A stretch of DNA of 61,451 bases from Acutalibacteraceae bacterium (GTDB lineage: Bacteria > Actinomycetota > Coriobacteriia > Coriobacteriales > UMGS124): the NCBI GenBank assembly GCA_963619535.1, contig CAVEWV010000007.1, forward strand, positions 1-61,451. The letters are read 5' to 3'. Position 1 is the first letter of the stretch, and each line of letters opens with the position of its first letter. The notes under the pieces are model-generated. The model had not been told where the DNA came from and ran no database searches. It saw nothing but the letters and a program-made list of their open reading frames with translations. Positions 7,308-16,135 of this stretch are shown here, one piece after another. Position numbers and translations under genes: made by a program.

Positions 7308-8783
7308 ATGGAGCAGGAGCAGCGAAGCAACCCCTTTGCGGCCTCGCTGACGTTTGCCCGCGGCGTCTTCACCTCGCCGGCATGCTGGCGCGTCATTGCG
7401 GCGGTGGCCCTGGCAAACCTTGTCGTCCTGCTCATGAACCGCTCGTTCTTCCCGCTTTTCGACGACGTCTTCACCTACGCGCGCGACATCTCAATCTCCT
7501 GCAGCGGCGTCTTCTGCATCGCGGTGGGCCTCATCTCGCTCGTGCGTCCCGATTGCCTGCACGGCCGCATGCTCAGCGTGGGAATGCTCGTCGCCCTCGT
7601 CGCGGGTGCGGCCTTGTCGTGCGCCGGCCTTGCGTGGAACCTGCCGTTTCTGCTCGTGGCCGGGGCCTGCCTGTTTGTCACGGCACGCGGCTGGGGCATG
7701 CTCACCGCCAACCTCTCCGCCGTGCGCCTGCCAGCGTCTCAGGCTGTGACCTGCATTGTCTGTGGTATCGGCGTGGGCCAGGTGGCCGAGCTGCCCCTGC
7801 GCCTGCTTGCCCCCCAGCTCGCGTGCGTCGCGGTGATGTTTGTGGCGGCCGCCGGCTCCATCCTGCTATCTATGAGGACGGCCCAGGACATCGTCGACAC
7901 CATCGGGCGCAACGAGGCCGTCGCCGACATCGCGGTGACGCACCCCGCGTCGCTTCTGCCGCTCAACAGCCAGTTCTATGTCTTCCTCATCCTGTCGCAG
8001 GCTATCTTCGGCTTTGCGCTGCGGTTCGGCGAGGTGGGCGGCATGCCGGCCTTCGGCAGCATGTCGGCCTTCTTCGTGCTCGCCGTGGCCCTCATCGTCG
8101 TCGCCATGGGCGGCCGTCTTTTCAGCGACGTCCTGGCAAACGTGGTGGTGCTCGCGCTCATCGCGGGCTTTCTGCTTATCATCGCCGGCGGCGGCGCCAA
8201 CGTGTATTGGGCAAACGGCATCCTCACGGTGGGGACCACGCTGTTCAACGCCCTCATGTATGCCGTGCTCGTGGCCCTGGCCGGGCGCAACCGCCTGGCG
8301 AGCCTGTCCATCATGGGCTGGGGCGTGGGCCTGTCGAGCCTGTCCACCACTTTCGGCGCCCTTGTGGGTACAAGCGCAAACGCCCTGGTGGGGGCAGGCA
8401 ACCATGAGCAGCTTGCCGCCCTGGTGAGCGTCGTGGTGCTGCTCGTGGTGGCCTATATCCTCTTCGGCCTGCGCGGGTTCTCCTTCCAGGCCACCATCGA
8501 GGGCGTGGAGGCCATGCCCACGGGCCCCATCCCCGTGGTCGCCGACGCCCACGTCGGGGCCGAGGAGCTCTTCTGCGCGCGCGTCAGCGAGCTCGCCGCC
8601 AAGTACGGCCTGACGCCGCGCGAGGAGGAGACGTTCGCCATGCTTGCCCGCGGGCGCAACCGCGAGTACATCGAGGAGCGCCTGGGCGTGTCGCGCAACA
8701 CCGTGAAGGCCCACGTCAAGCACATCTACGCGAAGTTGGATATACACTCCCACCAAGAGCTTCTCGACCTCGTCGAAGAATAA
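7308..8783 (+). CDS. Membrane-anchored LuxR-family transcriptional regulator (multi-TM N-terminal domain plus C-terminal HTH)
   Basis: RBS gggagg. About 400 aa of repeated hydrophobic helices are followed by the LuxR-type HTH LTPREEETFAMLARGRNREYIEERLGVSRNTVKAHVKHIYAKLDIHSHQELLDLV. Confidence 0.85.
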   Translation: MEQEQRSNPFAASLTFARGVFTSPACWRVIAAVALANLVVLLMNRSFFPLFDDVFTYARDISISCSGVFCIAVGLISLVRPDCLHGRMLSVGMLVALVAGAALSCAGLAWNLPFLLVAGACLFVTARGWGMLTANLSAVRLPASQAVTCIVCGIGVGQVAELPLRLLAPQLACVAVMFVAAAGSILLSMRTAQDIVDTIGRNEAVADIAVTHPASLLPLNSQFYVFLILSQAIFGFALRFGEVGGMPAFGSMSAFFVLAVALIVVAMGGRLFSDVLANVVVLALIAGFLLIIAGGGANVYWANGILTVGTTLFNALMYAVLVALAGRNRLASLSIMGWGVGLSSLSTTFGALVGTSANALVGAGNHEQLAALVSVVVLLVVAYILFGLRGFSFQATIEGVEAMPTGPIPVVADAHVGAEELFCARVSELAAKYGLTPREEETFAMLARGRNREYIEERLGVSRNTVKAHVKHIYAKLDIHSHQELLDLVEE

Positions 8784-8787
8784 AGTG

Positions 8788-9230
8788 AGTAGCGGAACCT
8801 GGCGCGCCGCGTTCCACGGAGCCTTACGTACTCCAGTACGCTACGGCTCCGTGCGCCTTGCGCGCCAGAACCCGCTTTTAGAGGGATGCGGAACCTCACG
8901 CGCTGCGTTCCACAGGTGCTCATGTACTCCAGTACACATCGCACCTGTGCGCCTTGCGCGTGAGAACCCGCTTTTGGAGGGAGTTGCGGAACCTGGCGCG
9001 CTGCGTTCCTGGGAGGCTAGAGTACTCCAGTACACGTCGCCTCCCAGCGCCTTGCGCGCCAGAATCCGCTTTTAGAGGGAGTAGCGGAACCTGGCCTGCT
9101 GCGTTCTCGGGAGGCTCACGCGCGGTGCGCACCTTTGGTGTACATCTAGTACGCATCGCCTCCCGACGCCTTGCGGGCGAGAACCCGCTTTTGGAGGGAG
9201 TTGCGGAACCTCACGCGCTGCGTTCTGCCG
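8788..9230 (+). repeat. Array (about 4.5 units) of the long-hairpin intergenic repeat family
   Basis: It starts right after the LuxR stop. The units have period about 100 nt (longer when the apical insert is present), and two stem segments per unit co-vary between units (see findings). Confidence 0.9.
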
Positions 9231-9309
9231 GGCTCGCCGAGGGGGCGGCGTTGGGCAGTTTCGAACTTTCTGATGAGATGGTTGGCGTGCGCGTCTGGAA
9301 ACACGGGCG

Positions 9310-9318
9310 TGATAATAT
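9310..9318 (+). promoter_or_regulatory. Candidate extended -10 promoter element upstream of pyrG
   Basis: TGaTAATAT lies about 60 nt upstream of the pyrG ATG in a locally AT-rich patch. No convincing -35 was seen. Confidence 0.3.
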
Positions 9319-9379
9319 AAAATCCCGTAACTAAGCGTACGTTGCCACGAGGCAGAGCGAGAGGAACGGGATTCCACCA

Positions 9380-11011
9380 ATGACAAAACATGTATTCGTG
9401 ACCGGCGGCGTCGTCTCCTCGCTGGGCAAGGGCATCACTGCAGCCTCCCTGGGTCGTCTGCTCAAGAGCCGCGGCTACAAGGTCACGATGCAGAAGATGG
9501 ATCCCTACCTCAACGTCGATCCCGGCACGATGAGCCCCTTCCAGCACGGCGAGGTGTTCGTGACGGTGGACGGCCATGAGGGCGACCTCGACCTGGGCCA
9601 CTACGAGCGCTTCATCGACGAGTCGCTCAACCGCGACTCCAACGTGACGCAGGGCTCGGTGTACCAGACCCTCATCAACCGCGAGCGCCACGGCGACTTC
9701 CTCGGCGGCACCGTGCAGGTCATCCCCCACGTCACCAACGAGATCAAGGCCCGCATGCACCGCGTGGCCGACAAGGCCGGCGCCGACGTCGTCATCACCG
9801 AGATCGGCGGCACCATCGGCGACATCGAGTCGCAGCCCTTCATCGAGGCCATCCGCCAGTTCCGCAAGGACGTGGGCAACGACAACGTCTGCTATATTCA
9901 CGTGAGCCTGCTTCCCTACATCGCCGCCTCGCACGAGGTGAAGACCAAGCCCACCCAGCACTCCGTCAAGGAGCTGCGCGGCCTGGGCGTCTCCCCCGAC
10001 ATCATCGTGCTGCGCGCCGACCACGACGTCGACGAGAAGATCTGCCACAAGATCGCGTCGTTCTGCGACGTCGACCCCGACGCCGTCTTCGTGAACAGCG
10101 ACTGCCCCTCCATCTACGACGTTCCCACGCTCCTGGCTGACCAGGGCTTCGACCTCAAGGTCTGCGAGCGCCTGGGCCTCGACCCCCGCACCTCCGACAT
10201 GGACGAGTGGAACGCCTTCCTCGACGCCAAGTCGGCCGCCGAGGCCACCAGCGCCGAGCTGGGCGAGGTCAAGATCAAGCTTGTGGGCAAGTACACCCAG
10301 CTGCCCGACGCCTACCTCTCCGTCATCGAGGCCCTGCACCATGCCGGCGTCGCCAACGGCCGCGCCGTTGACATCGAGCTCATCGACGGCGAGAACCTCA
10401 ACGACGCCAACGCCGACGAGATCCTGGGCCAGGCCGACGGCATCCTCGTGCCGGGCGGCTTCGGTGTGCGCGCCTTCGAGGGCAAGGTGTGCGCGGCCCG
10501 CTACGCCCGCACCCACAAGATTCCCTACCTGGGTATCTGCCTGGGCATGCAGGTCGCGGTGACCGAGTTCGCCCGCGACGTCCTGGGCTGGGCCGACGCG
10601 CACTCCGCCGAGTTCAGCGAGTCCACGCAGCACCCCGTGATCGCCCTCATGCCCGACCAGGCCGGCATCGTGGACATGGGCGGCACCATGCGCCTCGGCG
10701 CCTACCCCTGCGTCGTCACCCCCGGCACCCTGGGCGCCCAGGCCTACGGCCAGGAGCAGATCTCCGAGCGCCATCGCCACCGCTTCGAGGTCAACAACGA
10801 GTTCCGCGACAAGCTCGTGGAGGCGGGCCTCGTGGTGAGCGGCACTTCGCCCGACGGCCGCCTCGTCGAGATGGTCGAGCTTCCCCGCGAGCAGCATCCG
10901 TGGTTCGTGGCCGGCCAGTTCCACCCAGAGTTCCAGAGCCGTCCCACCAAGCCGCACCCCTTGTTCCGCGACTTCATCAAGGCCTCCTGCGCCCAGGCCG
11001 ACGCCTGCTAG
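9380..11011 (+). CDS. pyrG: CTP synthase
   Basis: N-terminal FVTGGVVSSLGKGI. The glutamine amidotransferase nucleophile context is YLGICLGMQ, and HRHRFEVN lies near the C-terminus. Confidence 0.97.
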   Translation: MTKHVFVTGGVVSSLGKGITAASLGRLLKSRGYKVTMQKMDPYLNVDPGTMSPFQHGEVFVTVDGHEGDLDLGHYERFIDESLNRDSNVTQGSVYQTLINRERHGDFLGGTVQVIPHVTNEIKARMHRVADKAGADVVITEIGGTIGDIESQPFIEAIRQFRKDVGNDNVCYIHVSLLPYIAASHEVKTKPTQHSVKELRGLGVSPDIIVLRADHDVDEKICHKIASFCDVDPDAVFVNSDCPSIYDVPTLLADQGFDLKVCERLGLDPRTSDMDEWNAFLDAKSAAEATSAELGEVKIKLVGKYTQLPDAYLSVIEALHHAGVANGRAVDIELIDGENLNDANADEILGQADGILVPGGFGVRAFEGKVCAARYARTHKIPYLGICLGMQVAVTEFARDVLGWADAHSAEFSESTQHPVIALMPDQAGIVDMGGTMRLGAYPCVVTPGTLGAQAYGQEQISERHRHRFEVNNEFRDKLVEAGLVVSGTSPDGRLVEMVELPREQHPWFVAGQFHPEFQSRPTKPHPLFRDFIKASCAQADAC

Positions 11012-11014
11012 CCG

Positions 11015-11968
11015 GTGGCACCCCAATCTGACATGACGCAGTCGGCCAGGTCTGCCCTCGAGGCGGGCCTGGCCGACTTCATTGACTACCTCGTGGTGGA
11101 GAAGGGCTCGTCTGCCAACACGGTGGCGGCCTACAAGCGCGACTTGAAGGCCTGGATTGCCTGGCTTGACTTTGAGCAGGGCATACGCGAGCCCGACGAG
11201 GTGCAGCGCTGCCTTGTGGAGCAGTACCAGGCACATCTGCACGATCAGGGCAAGGCCGCCTCGTCCATCCAGCGCGCCTTGTCGGCCATAAAGGGCCTGC
11301 ACAAGTTCCTCTACCTCGACGGTGCGTCGCAGAAGCTGCCCACCTCCGAGGTCAAGGCCCCGCGCAAGCCCGAGCGCCTCCCCGAGACCATCTCCATCGA
11401 GAAGGCGTTCGAGCTGCTTGACCAGCCCTTCCCCGACACGGCCGCGGGGCATCGCGACAAGACGATGCTCGAGGTGCTTTACGGCTGCGGCCTGCGCGTC
11501 AGCGAGCTGTGCGGCCTGGATCTGTCGGCATGCTTCCTCGACGACGGGTTCCTGCGCATCTTCGGCAAGGGCAGCAAGGAGCGCCTCGTGCCCATCGTGG
11601 GCAGCGCGCTTCGCTGCCTGCAAGACTATCTCGCCGTGTGGCGAGGGCAGCTGCACCCGTCGGGTGCGGCGCTGCCCGCCGAGACGCACGCGGTGTTCCT
11701 CAACGCGCGCGGTGGGCGCATCTCGCGCCAGAGCGTCTTCAATGTGGTGGAGCGTGCTGGCGTGGCCGTGGGCATCCCGGGCCTGCACCCCCATGTGCTG
11801 CGGCATGCCTTCGCGTCGCACATGCTGGCCGGCGGCGCCGACCTGCGCGTGCTCCAGGAGATTCTGGGGCACGCCGACATCTCCACGACCCAGGTGTACA
11901 CCCATGTGGATAGGGAGCATATACGCGAGGAATACTACTCCTCCCACCCTCGCGCCCACTGTAAATAG
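11015..11968 (+). CDS. xerD: Tyrosine site-specific recombinase XerD (XerC/XerD family)
   Basis: The catalytic region is HPHVLRHAFASHMLAGGADLRVLQEILGHADISTTQVYTHV. The xerD assignment rests on pyrG-xerD synteny, as in other actinobacteria. The start could instead be the internal ATG (MTQSARS). Confidence 0.85.
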   Translation: MAPQSDMTQSARSALEAGLADFIDYLVVEKGSSANTVAAYKRDLKAWIAWLDFEQGIREPDEVQRCLVEQYQAHLHDQGKAASSIQRALSAIKGLHKFLYLDGASQKLPTSEVKAPRKPERLPETISIEKAFELLDQPFPDTAAGHRDKTMLEVLYGCGLRVSELCGLDLSACFLDDGFLRIFGKGSKERLVPIVGSALRCLQDYLAVWRGQLHPSGAALPAETHAVFLNARGGRISRQSVFNVVERAGVAVGIPGLHPHVLRHAFASHMLAGGADLRVLQEILGHADISTTQVYTHVDREHIREEYYSSHPRAHCK

Positions 11969-11970
11969 TT

Positions 11971-12090
11971 GCGGAACCTGGCCTGCTGCGTTCTCGGGAG
12001 GCTTACGTACATTTAGTACGCTGCGCCTCCCGACGCCTTGCAGGCCAGAACCCGCTTTTGGAGGGGCGGAACCTCGGCGGCTGCGTGCGC
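11971..12090 (+). repeat. Single unit plus partial unit of the long-hairpin repeat family
   Basis: It begins 3 nt after the xerD stop. The stems are CTGGCCTGC/GCAGGCCAG and TCGGGAGGC/GCCTCCCGA, followed by CCGCTTTT. Confidence 0.85.
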
Positions 12091-12221
12091 GGGTGGTGTC
12101 ATGGGTGTGCGGGGTGGTGGGGCGATATCGCATGGAATTGCATGGAATGTGGCATCGAGGCGGCTTCATGGTGTATCCTGGCCCCTACGTTGGACGACTC
12201 TCGCCGCCTGGGGAGGTTGCA

Positions 12222-12662
12222 GTGAGCCAAGAGATGCAGCAGACATGCTTCACCGGCGTGGCCGAGCACGTGCTCGACGCGAAGGGTCGCGTGTCCCTGC
12301 CCGCCAAGGCCCGCCGCAACCTGGGCGACACGGTCAAGTGCGTGCTGTCTTTGGACAAGAGGGCGGTCTTGGTCTTCTCGCCCCAGGGCTTCGACGCTTG
12401 GTTCAAGTCGTTCTTCCCCGAGGGCCTCAACCCCCGCTCCGAGCGGGAGACGAGGCTTGCCCAGCGCCTGCTTGCCTTCACCGAGGAGGCCGACATCGAC
12501 TCGGCCGGCCGCATCGGCATCTCGGCAAAGCTGCGCGGGATCGTGGGCCTGGAGAAGGAGGTCGCCATCATCGGTGGCGGCGACCATCTCGAGGTCGTTG
12601 ACAGGGCGTCGTACCAGCGCGTCGAGGACGACCTTCTTTCCTTTGACTTTTTGGAGGCGTAG
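12222..12662 (+). CDS. mraZ: Transcriptional regulator MraZ
   Basis: Two DxxxR-type repeats (LDAKGRVSLP and IDSAGRIGIS) and first position in the dcw cluster. A GTG at 12222 follows RBS ggggagg; an in-frame ATG at 12234 is the alternative start. Confidence 0.9.
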   Translation: MSQEMQQTCFTGVAEHVLDAKGRVSLPAKARRNLGDTVKCVLSLDKRAVLVFSPQGFDAWFKSFFPEGLNPRSERETRLAQRLLAFTEEADIDSAGRIGISAKLRGIVGLEKEVAIIGGGDHLEVVDRASYQRVEDDLLSFDFLEA

Positions 12663-13649
12663 GTGGACTCGACGAACATGCACGACGGCACCCCTGCAGC
12701 AGAATTCCGGCATATCCCCGTCATGCTGGACGAAGTTCTGGACGCCCTGCGTCCAAGTGACGGCGACGTCGTGTGCGATTGCACGCTCGGCGGCGCCGGC
12801 CACTCCCTTGAGCTGGGTAGGCTGTGCAGCCCGTCCGGATTGCTCATCGGCATCGACCAAGACGACCTCGCCTTGGAAAACGCCGGCAAGCGCATCCGGG
12901 CAAACATACCCGAAGTCAAGTCTATCCAGCTCAAGGGCAACTTCTCCGAGCTCGACCGCCTGCTCCAGCAGGCCCAGGTCCCCGGTGTGGACTGCATCCT
13001 GTTCGACCTGGGCGTCAGCTCCCCCCAGCTTGACATCGCCTCAAGGGGCTTCTCGTACCACGAGGACGCCCCGCTCGACATGCGCATGGACACGGGCAAC
13101 AACACCCTAACCGCACTTGAGGTCGTGAACCACTACAACGAAGCCGACCTCGCCCGCATCCTTCGCGTCTATGGCGAGGAGAAGTTCGCCAGCCGCATCG
13201 CCAGCCGCATCGTGGCGCGCCGCGCCAAGGCCCCCATCGAGACCACGCTGCAGCTGGTGGACGTCATCAAGGAGGCCATCCCGGCCGCGCAGCGCCGCCA
13301 GGGCGGCCACCACCCGGCCCGCAAGAGCTTCCAGGCCATCCGCATCGAGGTCAACCACGAGATGGACGCCTTGAAGTCGGGCCTGGACGCGGCGGTGCGC
13401 TGGCTCAACAAGGGCGGGCGCATCTGCGTCATCTCGTACCACTCCCTTGAGGACCGCATCGTGAAGGAGGCGTTCAAGTCCTTCACGCAGACGTGCACCT
13501 GCCCGCCCGACCTTCCGGTGTGCGTGTGCGGGGCCAAGCCGGTGCTGAAGCTGCAGGAGCGCAAGCCTCGGGTGCCCAGCGATGATGAGATTGTACGTAA
13601 TCCGCGTTCTCGCTCCGCCAAGATACGAAGTGCGGTCAAGCTGGTCTAG
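12663..13649 (+). CDS. rsmH: 16S rRNA (cytosine1402-N4)-methyltransferase
   Basis: HIPVML, the SAM-binding DCTLGGAGHS, and the C-terminal NPRSRSAKIR. Confidence 0.95.
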   Translation: MDSTNMHDGTPAAEFRHIPVMLDEVLDALRPSDGDVVCDCTLGGAGHSLELGRLCSPSGLLIGIDQDDLALENAGKRIRANIPEVKSIQLKGNFSELDRLLQQAQVPGVDCILFDLGVSSPQLDIASRGFSYHEDAPLDMRMDTGNNTLTALEVVNHYNEADLARILRVYGEEKFASRIASRIVARRAKAPIETTLQLVDVIKEAIPAAQRRQGGHHPARKSFQAIRIEVNHEMDALKSGLDAAVRWLNKGGRICVISYHSLEDRIVKEAFKSFTQTCTCPPDLPVCVCGAKPVLKLQERKPRVPSDDEIVRNPRSRSAKIRSAVKLV

Positions 13650-13708
13650 AATACACAGCCTTGCACTTGCAGGGCTTGTGACGTAAGCGATGAAGAGGGG
13701 GTGCCGAC

Positions 13709-14155
13709 ATGCCGGAGTATGACGAAGCCGTGGCGTACGAGATGGATTCCTATGCCCGTGCCGGCCAGGCCGCCCCGCAGCGTCGTGAGGAGCTGCGTCG
13801 CGACTGGAGCGTCGTGGAGGGCCGCGCCCTCAGGACCCGCCCGCTTTCCGCCGCCCTCATCACCGCCATCAAGTGCGCCGGCGCCCTCGTGGCCACCCTC
13901 GCCATCGTCTCGGCCGTCAAGGTCGCGCTCATCTCGGTGGCCTACGGGTACCTCATGCAGAATTCCGCCCTCAACACCGAGCTTGAGTCGAGCCGCTACC
14001 AGGCTGCCGAGCTCGAGGTTCAGAACGCCCAGTTCGCCAACCAGGAGCGTATCTACGCCATCGCCACCCAGGTGTACGGCATGGTCGCCCCCGAGCAGAG
14101 CGAGACTGTGGATTTGGCTTCCACCTCGGCTGATACGGCCGTAGAGACAGAGTAG
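13709..14155 (+). CDS. ftsL: FtsL-like cell-division membrane protein
   Basis: A small bitopic protein with one TM (AALITAIKCAGALVATLAIVSAV) followed by a coiled-coil-like segment. It sits between rsmH and ftsI. Confidence 0.65.
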   Translation: MPEYDEAVAYEMDSYARAGQAAPQRREELRRDWSVVEGRALRTRPLSAALITAIKCAGALVATLAIVSAVKVALISVAYGYLMQNSALNTELESSRYQAAELEVQNAQFANQERIYAIATQVYGMVAPEQSETVDLASTSADTAVETE

Positions 14156-14157
14156 CC

Positions 14158-16098
14158 ATGCCCCCGCGCGACGAGGAATCGCGGCGCGGCAGCCAGCCGC
14201 AACGTGACGCGCGTCCCGAGCAGCGCCCGGAGCGTGCCCAGGCGGCGCGCGCGACTGAGCCGCCCGAGGTCGACGAGCCCCCCTCGGCGCAAGACCGCCC
14301 AAGCGCCCGCAAGCAGCGCAAGGCCAAGCCCCACAAAGACCGAAAGCCGAACGGCATAGCCCAGAGGTTCATGACCTGGTACACCGAGCGCCCCTATTCG
14401 CGCCAGGCTGTGCTGGGCGGGGGCCTGGGCCTGTGCTTTTTCGTGGCCACATGCAGGCTGTTCTACTTGCAGGCCATCGCCACCGGCGAGCTGTCCACGG
14501 CGGCGCACAACGAGCGAACCGCCAACACCGTGCTGCCGTATCGCCGCGGCGCCATCTACGACCGCAACGGCAACGTCCTGGCGCGCTCGGTGGACGCCGT
14601 CAACATCGCGGTGCATCCCAACGTGGTGCAGAACCTGGGCACCGTCAACGCCACGGCCAACATCCTGGCCGACGTGCTGGGCGGCAACGCCGCCGATTAT
14701 GCCGAAATCTGCGAGCGCGACACCACGTACGCCTACGTGGTGAAGAACGCCGACCCGGTCCTTGCGACCAACCTCAAGGCGGCGCTCGTGGAGGAGAACA
14801 CCACCCGCAAGAAAAACGACCTCACCGAGCTGTCGGGCTTCGAGTACGAGACGGTGCAGCGCCGCATCTACACCCAGGGCGAGGTCGCCGGCAACATCAT
14901 CGGCATCGTCGGAGGCGACGACGACGAGGGCATCACCGGGTTGGAGCTGCAGTACAACGACGTGCTGTGCGGCACCGACGGCTACCTCGTGCAGGAGCGC
15001 AGCCGCGACGGCATGCCCGTTGTGGGCGGCGACGCGGTGCGCAACGACCCCGTGGACGGCGAGAACATCACCATCTCCATCGACCTGGACATCCAGCGTG
15101 TGGCTCAGGAGCAGGTCACCCAGGCCATTGCCGAGTGGAAGGCAAAGTCGGGCGTGGCCATCGTGATGATGCCCGAGACCGGCGAGATCCTCGCCTGCGT
15201 CTCCACGCCCTACCTCGACCTCTCCGACACCTCCAGCGCCACCACCGAGGCGTTCAACGTGAAGTGCGTGAGCGACTCCTACGAGCCGGGCTCCACCTTC
15301 AAGCCCATCACGGCCGCCGCAGCCATCGACTCGGGCACCGCCACGCCCGACACGCTGTACTACTGCCCCGCCACCATCCAGGTCGGCGACGACACGGTCG
15401 GCGACTCCGACGACCGCGACTACGACATCGACCTCACGCTCACGCAGGTGCTTGAGCGCTCGAGCAACGTCGGCATGGTCAAGTGCGCCGAGGAGCTGGG
15501 CAGCGAGAAGTTCTACGAGTACTCGCAGCGCTTCAAGATCGGCTCCCTGACCGAGATTGACTACCCCGGCGAGGTGCCCGGCCTGGTGAGCGATTACGCG
15601 CACTACACGGGCGCCTGGGCCTCGATGTCGTTCGGCCAGTCCATCGCCGTGCCCCCCATCCAGATGGCCCGCGCCGTGAGCGCCATCGCCAACGACGGCG
15701 TGCTCGTGCAGCCTCACTTCCTGCTGAAGGTGGGCAGCGAGGAGCAGACCTACGACAACGTGGGCCAGGCGGTGAGCGCCCAGACCGCCCGGGAGGTGGC
15801 CGAGATGATGTACAGCGTCATCGAGAACGGCTACGGCAAGACGGGCAAGATAGAGGGCTACCGCTTGAGCGGCAAGACGGGCACCGCAGAGCGCGTCGAC
15901 GACACGACGGGCCTGTACTTCGACAACACCAACACGGTGTCGTTTATCGGCTTCGGCCCCACGGACGACCCGAAAGTGCTTGTATATGTCATGATTGACT
16001 ACGTGACCGGCGCGACGGGCTCCACCGTCGCGGGTCCCGTGTGGGCGACCATCATGCAGGAGGCCCTGGACAAGCTCCAGATTCCCCCCTCGTACTAG
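14158..16098 (+). CDS. ftsI: Class B penicillin-binding protein / septal transpeptidase
   Basis: Motifs STFK (SxxK), SSN (SxN) and KTGT (KTG), an N-terminal TM, and position within the dcw cluster. Confidence 0.92.
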   Translation: MPPRDEESRRGSQPQRDARPEQRPERAQAARATEPPEVDEPPSAQDRPSARKQRKAKPHKDRKPNGIAQRFMTWYTERPYSRQAVLGGGLGLCFFVATCRLFYLQAIATGELSTAAHNERTANTVLPYRRGAIYDRNGNVLARSVDAVNIAVHPNVVQNLGTVNATANILADVLGGNAADYAEICERDTTYAYVVKNADPVLATNLKAALVEENTTRKKNDLTELSGFEYETVQRRIYTQGEVAGNIIGIVGGDDDEGITGLELQYNDVLCGTDGYLVQERSRDGMPVVGGDAVRNDPVDGENITISIDLDIQRVAQEQVTQAIAEWKAKSGVAIVMMPETGEILACVSTPYLDLSDTSSATTEAFNVKCVSDSYEPGSTFKPITAAAAIDSGTATPDTLYYCPATIQVGDDTVGDSDDRDYDIDLTLTQVLERSSNVGMVKCAEELGSEKFYEYSQRFKIGSLTEIDYPGEVPGLVSDYAHYTGAWASMSFGQSIAVPPIQMARAVSAIANDGVLVQPHFLLKVGSEEQTYDNVGQAVSAQTAREVAEMMYSVIENGYGKTGKIEGYRLSGKTGTAERVDDTTGLYFDNTNTVSFIGFGPTDDPKVLVYVMIDYVTGATGSTVAGPVWATIMQEALDKLQIPPSY

Positions 16099-16135
16099 GG
16101 AAGCGCCCAGACGCCGGCACGAAAGGAGAGCCGCG

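Noticed and set aside
7283-8407. 374-aa alternative-frame ORF overlapping the LuxR regulator gene
   Set aside because: It has R/G/P/H-rich composition and no motifs. The 7308 frame has an RBS, coherent TM helices and a clear LuxR HTH.
8788-9230. Possible CRISPR array (conserved segment alternating with variable segment)
   Set aside because: The 'spacers' are all related to each other and are self-complementary hairpin arms that pair across the unit. The period is about 100 nt or more and irregular, and the conserved part is not a typical 28-37-nt repeat. No cas genes are in the window, and copies are dispersed after many genes.
8785-9334. Short ORFs inside the hairpin-repeat arrays (e.g. 20-250, 6714-7022, 6892-7119, 8785-9075, 8954-9334, 34659-34899) that give repeated peptides such as LQYAAPPDALPARTR
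   Set aside because: The peptide repetition simply mirrors the DNA repeat. ORFs occur in several frames and on both strands over the same units, and compensatory stem changes point to structure, not coding.
9146-12169. 1007-aa minus-strand ORF across pyrG and xerD
   Set aside because: It is antisense to two unambiguous genes and also runs through repeat arrays. Its composition shows the same high-GC antisense artefact.
11322-12221. Long upstream part of the ORF that contains mraZ (446 aa in the track)
   Set aside because: The upstream part overlaps xerD out of frame and crosses the hairpin repeat. The MraZ homology begins only at about 12222-12234.
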